DNA of 32,000 nt, from contig BX248583.1 of the NCBI GenBank assembly GCA_000043285.1, positions 240,001 through 272,000 on the forward strand, given 5' to 3'. This DNA is from Candidatus Blochmanniella floridana (GTDB lineage: Bacteria; Pseudomonadota; Gammaproteobacteria; Enterobacterales; Enterobacteriaceae). Position 1 is the stretch's first letter, and the number at the start of each line of letters is the position of its first letter. This document shows, piece by piece, positions 18,992 through 29,923 of this stretch. Below the pieces are notes generated by a model. That model was not told the origin of the DNA and did no database searches. It worked only from the letters and a program-made list of their open reading frames with translations. The position numbers and the translations under genes were made by a program.

Positions 18992-20939
18992 TATATTCTA
19001 TTTCTTTAATTTCTTTTGGTGTTATGTAATATTCTGTATTTGTATTAAATGATCGAGCAATCCAAGTTATGATTATTCCAAAAAAACCTAAAATTGCTGA
19101 CCACCATATATACCAAATCATGCTGAATCCAAAAATTAAACTAAAAAAAGCGATTAAAATACCTTCATGAGTATTTTTAGGCATATGTATAGGTTGATAC
19201 TTTTTTATATTACAAGAAATATTTTTGTTATTTTTTATATACCAAAATATATTTCGATGATTATTTATGATAGGAATGTTTACAAAATTATAGAATGGAG
19301 GGGGGGAGGAGGTAGACCATTCTAAAGTAAATCCATTCCACGGATTTCCAGTTTTATCTAGATTATGATGTCGATTTCGAATGCTAATTATTAGTTGTAA
19401 GCATTGGCATATAATACCGCATCCAATTAATATTGTTCCAACTGCAGCAGTTATTAACATTGGTGAGAACTCAGTATCAATTTGTTGACTTAAACGACGA
19501 GTCATTCCCATAAATCCTAAAATATATAAAGGCATAAATGCCACGTAAAAACCAATTATCCAGAACCAAAAAGCTCTTTTTCCCCATGTTTCATCTAAGG
19601 TATATCCAAAAGCTTTTGGAAACCAATAGGATATTCCGGAAAAACATCCAAATAATACTCCTCCAATAATAACATTATGAAAGTGTGCAACTAAAAATAA
19701 ACTATTGTGTAATATAAAATCGGCTCCAGGAACTGCTAATAATACTCCAGTCATTCCTCCTATAGAAAAGGTAACGATAAAACCTATTACCCATAACATT
19801 GGAGATTGAAAAATAATTTTTCCTCGATACATGGTAAATAACCAGTTAAAAATCTTTACACCTGTCGGAATAGCAATAATCATGGTCATAATTCCAAAAA
19901 ATGCATTGACGTTAGCTCCTGCGCCCATAGTAAAAAAATGATGAAGCCATACACAAAAAGATAACGCTGTAATAGCAATAGTAGCCCATACTAAAGCTGT
20001 ATACCCGAATATTTGTTTTTGTGAAAAAGTTGAGACTACTTCTGAAAATATACCAAATGCTGGAAGTACTAAAATATATACTTCTGGATGTCCCCATGCC
20101 CAAAATAAATTAATGTACATCATCATATTTCCTCCCAGATCATTAGTAAAGAAATGAGTATCTAAATAGCGATCGAAAGTTAATAATGCAATTGTTACAG
20201 TAAGAATGGGAAATGCTATGATGATTAATGCATTTGTGCACAGAGCTGTCCAAGTAAAAACTGGCATTTTCATCATTAACATACCTGGAGCTCTCATATA
20301 TAAAATTGTAGTAAAAAAATTAATACCAGTTAAAGTGGTTCCTATTCCAGATATTTGTATACTCCAAATCCAATAGTCAACTCCAACATCTGGACTATAT
20401 ATTTTACTGGATAAAGGTGGATATGCTGCCCAACCGGTTTGTGCAAATTCACCAATTCCTAAGGATAAATTAATCAAAATAACTCCAACCATAAATAACC
20501 AAAAACTTAGTGAATTTAGGAATGGGAATGCAACATCTCGAGCACCAATTTGTAAAGGAACTATTAAATTCATTAAGCCTATTACAAAAGGAGTAGCCAT
20601 AAATATTATCATGATTACTCCGTGAGCAGTAACTACTTGATCATAATGATGTGGAGAAAGAAATTCTGAAGAGCCAATAGATGATAATGTTTGTTGTGTT
20701 CTCATCATAATTGCATCAGTGAATCCTCTTAAAAACATAATACATGATATGATAATATACATTATTCCTATTTTTTTATGATCTACAGAAGTGAGCCATT
20801 CACACCATAAATATTTCCATTGATTATAGTAAGTGATCATTCCTGTCATTATGACTCCTGCTATAAAAATCATAACTATGGTTGACATAATAATTGGATC
20901 CTCGTATGGAATAGAATGTACTGTTAATTTTCCAAACAT
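18975..20939 (-). CDS. cyoB: Cytochrome bo3 ubiquinol oxidase subunit I
   Basis: 654 aa, very close to E. coli CyoB (MFGKL..., [50 protein letters not shown]). Confidence 0.98.
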   Translation of the reverse strand: MFGKLTVHSIPYEDPIIMSTIVMIFIAGVIMTGMITYYNQWKYLWCEWLTSVDHKKIGIMYIIISCIMFLRGFTDAIMMRTQQTLSSIGSSEFLSPHHYDQVVTAHGVIMIIFMATPFVIGLMNLIVPLQIGARDVAFPFLNSLSFWLFMVGVILINLSLGIGEFAQTGWAAYPPLSSKIYSPDVGVDYWIWSIQISGIGTTLTGINFFTTILYMRAPGMLMMKMPVFTWTALCTNALIIIAFPILTVTIALLTFDRYLDTHFFTNDLGGNMMMYINLFWAWGHPEVYILVLPAFGIFSEVVSTFSQKQIFGYTALVWATIAITALSFCVWLHHFFTMGAGANVNAFFGIMTMIIAIPTGVKIFNWLFTMYRGKIIFQSPMLWVIGFIVTFSIGGMTGVLLAVPGADFILHNSLFLVAHFHNVIIGGVLFGCFSGISYWFPKAFGYTLDETWGKRAFWFWIIGFYVAFMPLYILGFMGMTRRLSQQIDTEFSPMLITAAVGTILIGCGIICQCLQLIISIRNRHHNLDKTGNPWNGFTLEWSTSSPPPFYNFVNIPIINNHRNIFWYIKNNKNISCNIKKYQPIHMPKNTHEGILIAFFSLIFGFSMIWYIWWSAILGFFGIIITWIARSFNTNTEYYITPKEIKEIEYNAYNK

Positions 20940-21008
20940 ATGTATTGCCTTATTTTTAGTATTTGTAAAAAGTTTGTTTTTGCGATAATGTTATTTTTAT
21001 AAAGTTAA

Positions 21009-21893
21009 TCATATGTTATATTTTTGATGTATAAATTTATTGATAACTTCATAAAATAAGTTAGGTTTTATATTAGCAAAATAGGTTATAGGATGAAATT
21101 CACTAGGTTTTGCTAATTTTTCATAGGTATTGATGTTAAGAATATGATTTTTGGATAATTGTGCTGTTTTTATCCATTTATCAAATTCTTCATAATTTTT
21201 TGTAGCAGTGACAGCGAATTTCATACCTGAAAAACCTCTTCCGCTAAAATTTGAAGAAATTCCCTTATATTTTCCAGATGTATTAGCTATTAAGTTTAAT
21301 TGAGTACACATACCAGCCATTGCGTAAATTTGACTACCTAATTGAGGAATAAAAAAAGAATTCATTACTGCGTTAGAAGTAATATTGAAATGAACAGGAA
21401 CATTAGTTGGAAATACTAGCTCATTAATGACTGCTATGTTATATTGTGGATAAATAAAAAGCCATTTCCAATCTAGTGCAATTACATGAATGGTAATTGG
21501 TTCGTTATTTTCATATGTAATAATAGTATTTTTTGGGTCTAATGATTGAGTTGATTTCCAGGTTAATACACTTAATATAATAATAATTACAATAGGAACA
21601 AACCATATTGTAAATTCAATTATTCTACACTCAATCCAATTAGGATCATATTTAGTATTATTAGTATTAGATGCTCTATATTGTATAGAAAATATAATAG
21701 TTAAAATTAAAACAGGAATGATTATTATTAACATTAAACTTAATACTGTTAATATTAAAGAACGTTCTTCCAACCCAATGCTTCCTTTAGGGTTCATTAA
21801 GACTAAATTATTGCATCCGGTTAGAAATATAATTGTGCTATAAAATGCGATAGTTATAGATATTTTTTTACATCTATATAGAATATATTTCAT
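21009..21893 (-). CDS. cyoA: Cytochrome bo3 ubiquinol oxidase subunit II (lipoprotein)
   Basis: The track ORF to 21923 opens on TTG. The first ATG (21891-21893) gives MKYILYRCKK...IFLTGCNN, with lipobox LTGC placed as in E. coli CyoA (LLSGCNS). The cupredoxin-like C-terminal domain is present. Confidence 0.9.
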   Translation of the reverse strand: MKYILYRCKKISITIAFYSTIIFLTGCNNLVLMNPKGSIGLEERSLILTVLSLMLIIIIPVLILTIIFSIQYRASNTNNTKYDPNWIECRIIEFTIWFVPIVIIIILSVLTWKSTQSLDPKNTIITYENNEPITIHVIALDWKWLFIYPQYNIAVINELVFPTNVPVHFNITSNAVMNSFFIPQLGSQIYAMAGMCTQLNLIANTSGKYKGISSNFSGRGFSGMKFAVTATKNYEEFDKWIKTAQLSKNHILNINTYEKLAKPSEFHPITYFANIKPNLFYEVINKFIHQKYNI

Positions 21894-22709
21894 ATATGAT
21901 AATAATATCGATAGATTATTCAATCGTTTATTTTACTGTAAAATATCAATAGTGTAAACAAGGCATAAATATTTACAAATTAATAATTAACTAAAAATAG
22001 ATTTAATTAATGTACTCAGTTTATATCATAAAATAATATCTATAATATTTGTAATAACATGTATAAATTTTAAAATTTTATTTTTAAAAATAACATGAAA
22101 TAATATATAATTTTATTAATAATATTATTATCGAAAATTTATATGTGTTTTAGTAAATATATATATGCTTAGTTTTATTTATAATGAATGAAGATATACA
22201 TTTAATCTTGATAGAAATATGTGTATTATGAATATGTTATATGATTATTAGATATTTTATTTATGTAAGTTATATATAATATAGTTGATTATATTGCATT
22301 ATCAGTTAGTTGTTTAGAATTAAATTAAATTAAATTATTTTATAGCATAATGTAAAAATTATATTATTGTTTTATGATATAAAGTAGTATTAAATTATTT
22401 TATAATAAATTTTCGATATATAAATATTATATTAATTGATCCCATTTCCATTTAATTAGGTTTTTTATATGGATTGGTTTAATAATATATTAATATGAAT
22501 GATAGTAAAAATAGATAATTAATTGTATTTATTTATTGTAATTTTATAGAGTATATTGAAATGATATTTTTGTTAAAATTGATTATATTATTTGTGTAAT
22601 ATATGCATATGTGTGATATGTAGTTATTTGTTATGAAATATGTAGAATTTTTTTAAATTAAATTAGTTGTGATTTTTATATTATAAGGATAAATAACGAA
22701 GAGAAATAT

Positions 22710-23351
22710 ATGTATGAAAATATGAGTTATTTATATGATAGTTATTTTCAATATATACATTATAATGTATCGATGATACCTACGGTAGTAAAACAAACTT
22801 CTCGAGGTGATAGAGCGTATGATATTTTTTCTTTATTATTGAAAGAGCGTATTATTTTTGTTATAGGTAAGATAGAAAATTTTATGGCTAATTTAATTGT
22901 TGCTCAGATAATGTTTTTGGAATCAGAAGATCCAGTAAAAGATATTCATTTGTATATTAATTCTCCAGGAGGGGAAGTGACAGCTGGTATGTCAATATAT
23001 GATATCATGCAATTTGTTAAACCTAATATTAGTACTTATTGTATAGGTCAAGCAGCTTCTATGGGGGCTTTTTTATTGGCTGCTGGTACTACAGGAAAAC
23101 GATTTTGTTTGCCCAATTCCAGAGTAATGATTCATCAACCATTAGGATCTTTGCATGGTCAAGCTACGGATATTGCGATACATGCTACAGAAATATTAAA
23201 AGTTAAAGAGAATATAAATAAATTAATGGCAAAACATACAGGAAAATCTATTGATGTTATCCGGCAAGATATGGAACGAGATTGTTTTTTGTCAGCAGAT
23301 GAATCAGTTAAGTATGGTTTAGTGGATAGTGTATTATCTAAGCGTATATAA
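22710..23351 (+). CDS. clpP: ATP-dependent Clp protease proteolytic subunit
   Basis: 213 aa, collinear with E. coli ClpP. Catalytic Ser is in [11 protein letters not shown] and His in [19 protein letters not shown] is also conserved. The start could alternatively be the ATG at 22722. Confidence 0.95.
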   Translation: MYENMSYLYDSYFQYIHYNVSMIPTVVKQTSRGDRAYDIFSLLLKERIIFVIGKIENFMANLIVAQIMFLESEDPVKDIHLYINSPGGEVTAGMSIYDIMQFVKPNISTYCIGQAASMGAFLLAAGTTGKRFCLPNSRVMIHQPLGSLHGQATDIAIHATEILKVKENINKLMAKHTGKSIDVIRQDMERDCFLSADESVKYGLVDSVLSKRI

Positions 23352-23538
23352 TATTATAGTGTAATTAATTACAGGGTTTATGATGGTCTATTGATAATGT
23401 AGTGTATGTAGATTATTCAGTTGTTAGAGTGGGTATGAACAACAAATAATATTTTTATTTAATTTCATGAATTATATATATTAATTATGGGTTGATTGTT
23501 TTTATTTACATAAATAAAGTTTAAATTGGGATGTATAT

Positions 23539-24819
23539 ATGAACAATAATTATCAGGGTTTTACAGAAGAGTCGTTATGTTGTTCATTTTGCGGTAAAAA
23601 TCATTTGCAAGTTCTGAAATTAATTACTGGAAAATCAGCTCGGATCTGTAATATATGTATACATTTATTCAATAATATTGTTACTAATATATTTCAAGAA
23701 AAAAAAATAGTAAATTATAAAGAATTAGAAAAATTTCCTACACCTCATGATATAAATCAGTATTTAAGTACTTATGTTGTGGGGCAAGAATATGTAAAGA
23801 AGACACTTGCAGTGGCAGTATATAATCATTATAAACGTTTAAGATATCAAGTAATGAATATAAACAATAATAGTAATTTATATCAGGATGTGGAATTATC
23901 TAAAAGTAATATTTTATTAATTGGACCTACTGGTAGTGGAAAGACTTTATTAGCACAAACATTAGCGAGGTTTCTTGATATTCCTTTTTCTATATCGGAT
24001 GCTACTACTTTAACTGAAGCTGGATATGTTGGAGAAGATGTAGAGAATGTTATACAAAAATTATTACAAAGATGTGATTATAATATTGATAGAGCACAAA
24101 GCGGTATTATTTATATCGATGAAATAGATAAAATTGCTAAAAAATCAGAAAATATTTCTATAACTAGAGATGTTTCTGGGGAAGGAGTGCAACAAGCTTT
24201 ATTAAAATTAATTGAGGGAACCGTAGCTTTTATTCCTCCTAAAGGTGGTCGTAAACACCCACAACAGGAATTTATTCAAGTAGATACAACTAATATTTTG
24301 TTTATTTGTGGAGGATCTTTTTCTGGTTTAAATAAGATTGTTGAAGAACGAATATCAGATAACCATGCTATTGGATTTCATGCATCATTAAAAGATAATA
24401 ACCGGGAGAATCTGAAATATTCATTATTGAATAAAGTAGAACCTGAAGATTTAATTAAATTTGGATTAATACCAGAATTTGTAGGTCGATTTCCAGTAAT
24501 TTCTATTTTGAATGAATTGAAGGAATCTGAGTTAGTTGCTATTTTAAAGGAACCTAAAAATGCTTTAATTAAACAATATCAAAAATTATTTTATACGGAT
24601 AAAGTGAAATTAGAGTTTGCTGAATCAGCGCTCAGTGCTATTGCTAAGTGCGCTATGGCTACTAAGAGTTCTGGAGCACGGGGACTTAGAACTATCTTAG
24701 AAAATATATTATTAGATATGATGTACGATTTGCCTAACCAAAATAAAGTGACAAAAGTAGTAATTAATTCTGATGTAGTCTTTGGAAAATCCAAACCTTT
24801 ATTATTTTATGATAATTAA
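23539..24819 (+). CDS. clpX: ATP-dependent Clp protease ATP-binding subunit ClpX
   Basis: 426 aa. It has the zinc-binding N-domain CSFCGK...CNIC, Walker A GPTGSGKT, pore loop GYVG, Walker [10 protein letters not shown], and the IGF-type loop AIGF. Confidence 0.97.
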   Translation: MNNNYQGFTEESLCCSFCGKNHLQVLKLITGKSARICNICIHLFNNIVTNIFQEKKIVNYKELEKFPTPHDINQYLSTYVVGQEYVKKTLAVAVYNHYKRLRYQVMNINNNSNLYQDVELSKSNILLIGPTGSGKTLLAQTLARFLDIPFSISDATTLTEAGYVGEDVENVIQKLLQRCDYNIDRAQSGIIYIDEIDKIAKKSENISITRDVSGEGVQQALLKLIEGTVAFIPPKGGRKHPQQEFIQVDTTNILFICGGSFSGLNKIVEERISDNHAIGFHASLKDNNRENLKYSLLNKVEPEDLIKFGLIPEFVGRFPVISILNELKESELVAILKEPKNALIKQYQKLFYTDKVKLEFAESALSAIAKCAMATKSSGARGLRTILENILLDMMYDLPNQNKVTKVVINSDVVFGKSKPLLFYDN

Positions 24820-24936
24820 TAGTAATGATTTATTTTATTTAATTAAAGTAGTTTAATGTTATATTTGTATGTAGATTACTTGTGATTTAATGTGGTTGTA
24901 TAGAAATTAATATAATAAAAAAATATGTTATGTAAT

Positions 24937-25176
24937 TTATAGAGGTTTTAAACATAAAAATTTTTTCATTTTTTTTTCTATAATAGATCGATCTTTAGCA
25001 CATAACATGTTTAATTTATTTTCATTAATTAAAATAGTTTGTACATTTTGCCATTTGTTCCAAGCTTCTTGAGAAATATTTTTATAAATATATTCTCCTA
25101 ATTTTCCAGGATAACAAGGAAATTTTAATCCTTCAGCGTATTTTTTTAAATATATACAGTAAATTATTTTAGTCAT
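24937..25176 (-). CDS. yggX: Fe(2+)-trafficking protein YggX
   Basis: 79 aa, collinear with E. coli YggX ([45 protein letters not shown]). It is downstream of mutY, as in E. coli. Confidence 0.9.
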   Translation of the reverse strand: MTKIIYCIYLKKYAEGLKFPCYPGKLGEYIYKNISQEAWNKWQNVQTILINENKLNMLCAKDRSIIEKKMKKFLCLKPL

Positions 25177-25229
25177 TGAATTTATATTTTAAATTAATTA
25201 ATATTAATGTAGCAAATAGTGTTTATAAT

Positions 25230-26297
25230 TTAGATTGTTTTATTTTGTATTATTTTTAGTATTGTATTTACTGGTTTAGGTAATCCAATAATTGCAGGTT
25301 TATTAAGATTATACCAAATATTTTTTTCATTGGTATTAAATATAGTATTGTTAATGTTAATTAATGTTGGTTGAATCTCCAGAGCGATGTTACTTATATT
25401 ATGTTTGATAATAGGCATATTAATTTTTAGATTATTGTGTAAATTATATTTAGATAACCATGTATTGAGGGTTGTACGATTATAAAATTCAGGAAAACAA
25501 AATAGTTTATTCCATATTGTTTCTTGTAATCTTTGTGTTAAATAGATTATGTTACGATGTTTGACTAATAAAATTAACCAATAAATTATTTTTTTTTGTT
25601 TTGGATTATGTATTGTTGCGTATTTTTGTGTAAGTAAGTTAATATTATTTGTTAAAAAGGATTGACAATGACTATTAAGAGGACAAATATTACATTGAGG
25701 ATTTGAGTGAGTACAGATTAACCTACCTAAATCCATCATAGCTTGATTAAAGATTGCATAGTTTGAATCTAATGGTAGTAAGCTATCAATCAGAGACCAT
25801 AATTTGTTATTTATTTTTGTTGGCGATGTTTGTTGATTATTTAAGGAATAGTATCGAATTAATATACGTTTTATATTTCCATCAAGGATAGGGAATCGTT
25901 TATTTAGGGCTAAAGATAATATAGCTCCAGCAGTAGATCTTCCAATACCTGGAAAGGATAGAAGTATATTGAAGTTATTTGGAAACACACCATTATGATG
26001 ATGAATAATGATTGTAGCAGTTTTATGTAGATTGAGTGCTCTTTTGTAATATCCTAATCCGCTCCATATGTATAATATTTCATTTATATTTGCTTCTGCT
26101 AATTTTGAAATTGTTGGAAATTTTTTAATAAATTTTTGATAATATGGGATTACTGTTGCGACTTGAGTTTGTTGTAACATAACTTCGGATATCCAAATTT
26201 TATATATTGTTTTGTTTATTTGCCAAGGTAATTTTAGAATATGAGCATTTTTGCTCCAAGATAATATTTTGTGTGAAAAAGTTAAGTGATATTCCAT
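25230..26297 (-). CDS. mutY: Adenine DNA glycosylase MutY
   Basis: 355 aa. It has LPWQINKTIYKIWISEVMLQQTQVATVIPYY, the HhH-GPD motif PGIGRSTAGAILSLAL, and the 4Fe-4S cluster loop C-x6-C-x2-C-x5-C (CTHSNPQCNICPLNSHC). Confidence 0.95.
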   Translation of the reverse strand: MEYHLTFSHKILSWSKNAHILKLPWQINKTIYKIWISEVMLQQTQVATVIPYYQKFIKKFPTISKLAEANINEILYIWSGLGYYKRALNLHKTATIIIHHHNGVFPNNFNILLSFPGIGRSTAGAILSLALNKRFPILDGNIKRILIRYYSLNNQQTSPTKINNKLWSLIDSLLPLDSNYAIFNQAMMDLGRLICTHSNPQCNICPLNSHCQSFLTNNINLLTQKYATIHNPKQKKIIYWLILLVKHRNIIYLTQRLQETIWNKLFCFPEFYNRTTLNTWLSKYNLHNNLKINMPIIKHNISNIALEIQPTLININNTIFNTNEKNIWYNLNKPAIIGLPKPVNTILKIIQNKTI

Positions 26298-26540
26298 ATA
26301 TTTATGTTTAATATATTATTTGATTTTAATAAATGTTTTAATAGAAAATATATATTAAATATTTTTAATATTACTTTATTGTATAAATATATATAATAAA
26401 ATAATTGTGTTAAAAGTTGTTTAGATCTAACGATCATATTTGTTTTTTAAGAATTATTTTTAAAAAAATTTTATATTGCTATTTATACCTTATGATTTTA
26501 TATGTATATGAATATGCAATTTAGATTTTAAACAAATATA

Positions 26541-26563
26541 TATTATATTATATTATATTATAT
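26541..26563. repeat. Pentanucleotide microsatellite (tatta)x4 plus tat in a gene-less spacer
   Basis: Read directly from 26541-26563: tattatattatattatattatat. Confidence 0.8.
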
Positions 26564-26960
26564 AGTTTGAATTGTTGAATAAATTTTTATAATAAAATGG
26601 ATATAGATATTATTGCGTTTTATTGAATCACACATAGTAATTAATAATAATTTTTTATTAATTTCAGTATTTAATGAATTTTAGGTGTTGTAGATATATT
26701 AGGTTATTGTTGATATTGATTGATATTTGTTATGTTAAGATGATTGAAATTTTTTATTTATCGAGGATTTAAACAATAAATTAATTATGTATATATAATA
26801 TACAGTAACACTGTGTCTGTATTAATAAATGTTATTATTTTTAAAATATTATTATGCATGTATTTATATTTTATGTTTATTGAATGAAATATAATATGTG
26901 TTATATTTATAATATAACCGTTATGATTATTGATCAGTTGGGTGTTATTGTCGATTATCA

Positions 26961-27389
26961 CTAGTCATTTTGATTTAGCCAACTTTTTAAAATTATCTCG
27001 GCAGCTATTGAATCTATGGGGGTGGTTTTTTTACGATAATAATATCGAAAATGTTGAAAATAAATTGATCGCGCTTCAATAGTAGTAAAACGTTCATCAT
27101 GCATTTCTACTGTTATTTTAAATCTATGAGTGAGTTGTACGGCAAATCTTTTTGACAACAGGGTAATATGTTGTGTGTTTCCATTCATTTTTAAAGGTAA
27201 TCCTACTATTAATTTGTTTGGTTTCCATACATTGAAAATGTGTTCAATTTTTTTCCAATTAGGTATACCAAATTTTGATGGTAATATTTCTAAAGATTGA
27301 GTAGTACCGGTTATTTTTTGTCCAATAGCTATGCCAATTTTTTTTGTTCCAAAATCAAAAGCCATAATTATTGCAATTTTTTTTATCAT
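26961..27389 (-). CDS. ruvX: Putative pre-16S rRNA nuclease / Holliday junction resolvase-like protein YqgF
   Basis: 142 aa, collinear with E. coli YqgF ([35 protein letters not shown]). Its ATG overlaps the yqgE stop in an ATGA overlap. An internal Met 9 start is possible. Confidence 0.9.
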   Translation of the reverse strand: MIKKIAIIMAFDFGTKKIGIAIGQKITGTTQSLEILPSKFGIPNWKKIEHIFNVWKPNKLIVGLPLKMNGNTQHITLLSKRFAVQLTHRFKITVEMHDERFTTIEARSIYFQHFRYYYRKKTTPIDSIAAEIILKSWLNQND

Positions 27390-27967
27390 GCATGTCCAGT
27401 TTGACTATTCATATTATACATATTAACTCCAATAATTTTTGCAGCTGCATTCCAACGATTAAAAATAGGAGTGTGAAATAAAATAGTCTCGTCAGCTGGA
27501 ACAGCAATCCAAGTACTTTCTATTAATTCTTGCTCTAGTTGTCCTTTGGTCCAACCTGAATAACCTAATGCAACTAAAATATTTTTTGGTTGATTAGGCG
27601 TTCCTAAGGTTTCTAAAATATCTTTTGATGTAGTTATCATGGTTTGGGAGGAAATATTTATGCTAGATCCAAATCCAGTTTGAGGAGTATGTAAAATAAA
27701 ACCTCTATCATTTAATAAAGGTCCGCCTGAAAATACTGGATGATTTAATTGAACAGATGGATCACGTTGTGTAGAAGTAATCTTTAAATTTTTTAGTATA
27801 GTTTCTACTGTATATTTTTCAACTGGTTTATTTATGACAATTCCCATAGCTCCAGTATCATTATGTTCACAAATATATACTACTGATTTTTTAAATAATG
27901 GATCTTGCAGAGTAGGCATAGCTACTAAAAAGTGATTTTGTAAATTTGTTATTTCATTTTTGAACAT
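27386..27967 (-). CDS. yqgE: UPF0301 (AlgH-like) protein YqgE
   Basis: 193 aa, collinear with E. coli YqgE ([59 protein letters not shown]). Confidence 0.92.
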   Translation of the reverse strand: MFKNEITNLQNHFLVAMPTLQDPLFKKSVVYICEHNDTGAMGIVINKPVEKYTVETILKNLKITSTQRDPSVQLNHPVFSGGPLLNDRGFILHTPQTGFGSSINISSQTMITTSKDILETLGTPNQPKNILVALGYSGWTKGQLEQELIESTWIAVPADETILFHTPIFNRWNAAAKIIGVNMYNMNSQTGHA

Positions 27968-28006
27968 ATATTTTTTATTTGTAATAAAAATAAATAAAAC
28001 TGAATA

Positions 28007-28034
28007 AATTAATTTAATTAAATTAATTTAATTA
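28007..28034. repeat. Exact tandem duplication of a 14-nt unit (aattaatttaatta x2) in the yqgE-metK spacer
   Basis: 28007-28020 is identical to 28021-28034. Confidence 0.8.
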
Positions 28035-28375
28035 ATAATATAATAATGATTAAAATTATATAATATTTTTATAAATTATATAAATGAATTTTGTAAATAT
28101 TCTTTATGGTAATGGCGTGGTATTAATTGTAATTAATGATATTAATCTATTTTTATAAATACCATAAATTTCTTTAAATTTATATTAATTTTTCTTGACA
28201 ATCAACCCTTATATATAAGAATTCAATGAATATATGTGTTTAAATTTTTATGATTAAACTTTATTTATGATTAGTAAAAATTAATATGATTCATGAAGTA
28301 TGCAGTATTTATAGAAATAATATTTATTATAATATAGAAATAAATAATTCTCTATATTATAATTACTTATTTGTA

Positions 28376-29533
28376 TTAAATTTTAGCTGAGTTTCTGAGA
28401 AGATCTACTTTATCAATTTTTTCCCAAGGAAATTGTTCTCTTCCGAAATGCCCATATACAGCAGTATCTTTATAAATTGGGCGTGCTAAATTTAGCATTT
28501 TAATTACTCCATGTGGACTAAAATCAAAAAAATTATTTATCAATGTAACTAAAGTTGAGTGTAAAACTTTTTCTGTTCCAAAAGTTTCGATATTAACAGC
28601 AATGGGGTTTGCTATTCCAATAGCATAAGCCAGTTGAATTTCACAACGTTCCGCTAATCCGGCAGCTACAATATTTTTAGCAGCATATCTTGCTGCATAA
28701 GCAGCTGATCTATCTACTTTAGACGGATCTTTACCAGAAAAAGATCCTCCTCCATGTCTCGCCATTCCTCCGTAAGTATCTACAATAATTTTCCTTCCAG
28801 TTAAACCACAATCACTAATTGGACTTCCTATTGTAAAAGTTCCTCCAGAATTAATAAAAAATTTTGTTTGTTTAGATAACCATTTTTGGGGTAAAACTGG
28901 TTTGATAATTTCCTCCATAGTAGCTTCTCGTAGTGCTTCTAATGGTATATTTTTATTATGTTGTACAGATAATACAACCGCTGTAATATGTATAATTTTG
29001 TTATTTTCATCATACGCAAAAGTTATTTGGCTTTTTGCGTCTAATCCTAGCCATGGTAAAGTGCCATTTTTTCTTAATTTAGATTTTCTTTGAATTAATC
29101 GATGAGCATAAGTAATAGGGGCTGGCATTAAAACATCAGTTTCATTAGTGGCATATCCGAACATAGATCCTTGATCCCCTGCTCCTTGTTGTGTACGGTC
29201 AGAATCATGATTGATACTATATTGGATTTCAGGAGATTGTTGATTAATTACACTTAATATTACACAAGAATTTGCATCTAATCCCATTTTTGGATGAGTG
29301 TAACCGATTTCTTGAATAGTATTTCTAGCAATTTTTTCTATGTTTACTGAAGCAGTAGTAGTAATTTCTCCTCCTATTAATACTATTCCTGTTTTAATGT
29401 ATGTTTCACATGCTACTCGAGCTTTTGGGTCTTGCTCTAAAATAGAATCTAGAATAGAATCAGATATTTGATCTGCTATTTTATCTGGATGCCCTGCTGA
29501 TACAGATTCTGACGTAAAAAGAAATCGAGTCAT
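28376..29533 (-). CDS. metK: S-adenosylmethionine synthetase
   Basis: 385 aa, very close to E. coli MetK ([48 protein letters not shown]). Confidence 0.98.
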
Positions 29534-29923
29534 GTTATATATCCGTAGAGTTAAAAGTATAATAAATTATTATTGGTATAAATTTTATCGATATATTGTT
29601 ATTTTAATATATAATATCATATTTTATGAGTTATATCCTGTGAATTATTTTTTATCAGTAATAGAATATTATTTAATATAATTTATTTATTTGCTATTGG
29701 ATGGTTTTATTTTTTAAAATAATATCATTATAATATTAAAAATTAATTATAAATATATAATATTTAAATATATTATAGTTGTTATTGATTAGAGTAATCT
29801 ATAGATTAAAAGTAATACATATAATATTAAATGATCATTAAATGATTGATTTTATTTTTGAGTTTATTTCTATAAATAGATGAATATATCATAAAACGAC
29901 TAAATAAATTATAGCAGGAATTT

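Noticed and set aside
18672-20103. Three short ORFs: 18672-18857 (+), 18864-19052 (+) and 19912-20103 (-, alternate frame)
   Set aside because: All are nested within the strongly supported cyoC and cyoB genes. They are antisense or out-of-frame artefacts.
21894-21923. TTG-initiated 10-codon extension of cyoA (MNNLSILLSY)
   Set aside because: The downstream ATG gives a signal peptide of E. coli-like length ahead of the LTGC lipobox. A TTG start is not needed.
22440-22447. tcccattt island in the cyoA-clpP spacer resembling the sigma-32 -10 element (CCCCATNT)
   Set aside because: No acceptable CTTGAAA-like -35 lies at 13-15 bp. The best candidate, ttcgata, is 21 bp away and matches only 4 of 7 positions. 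The site is about 265 bp upstream of clpP.
24591-24794. 67-aa ORF on the - strand
   Set aside because: It is antisense to and nested inside clpX.
28007-28034. Tandem and short direct repeats in spacers (also 22318-22340, 26541-26563 and 29826-29848), checked as possible CRISPR or iteron arrays
   Set aside because: There are only 2-4 contiguous copies of 5-14 nt A/T units, with no spacers and no cas or rep genes. These are simple slippage repeats in decaying DNA.
28195-28222. Consensus -35 TTGACA with a 16-bp spacer and AAGAAT on the + strand, pointing toward the 3' end of metK; considered as a possible antisense or sRNA promoter
   Set aside because: The -10 matches only 4 of 6 positions. 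No + strand gene or structured RNA is evident downstream. Promoter-like hexamers are abundant in such AT-rich DNA. It needs transcriptome data.
28902-29093. 63-aa ORF on the + strand
   Set aside because: It is antisense to and nested inside metK.
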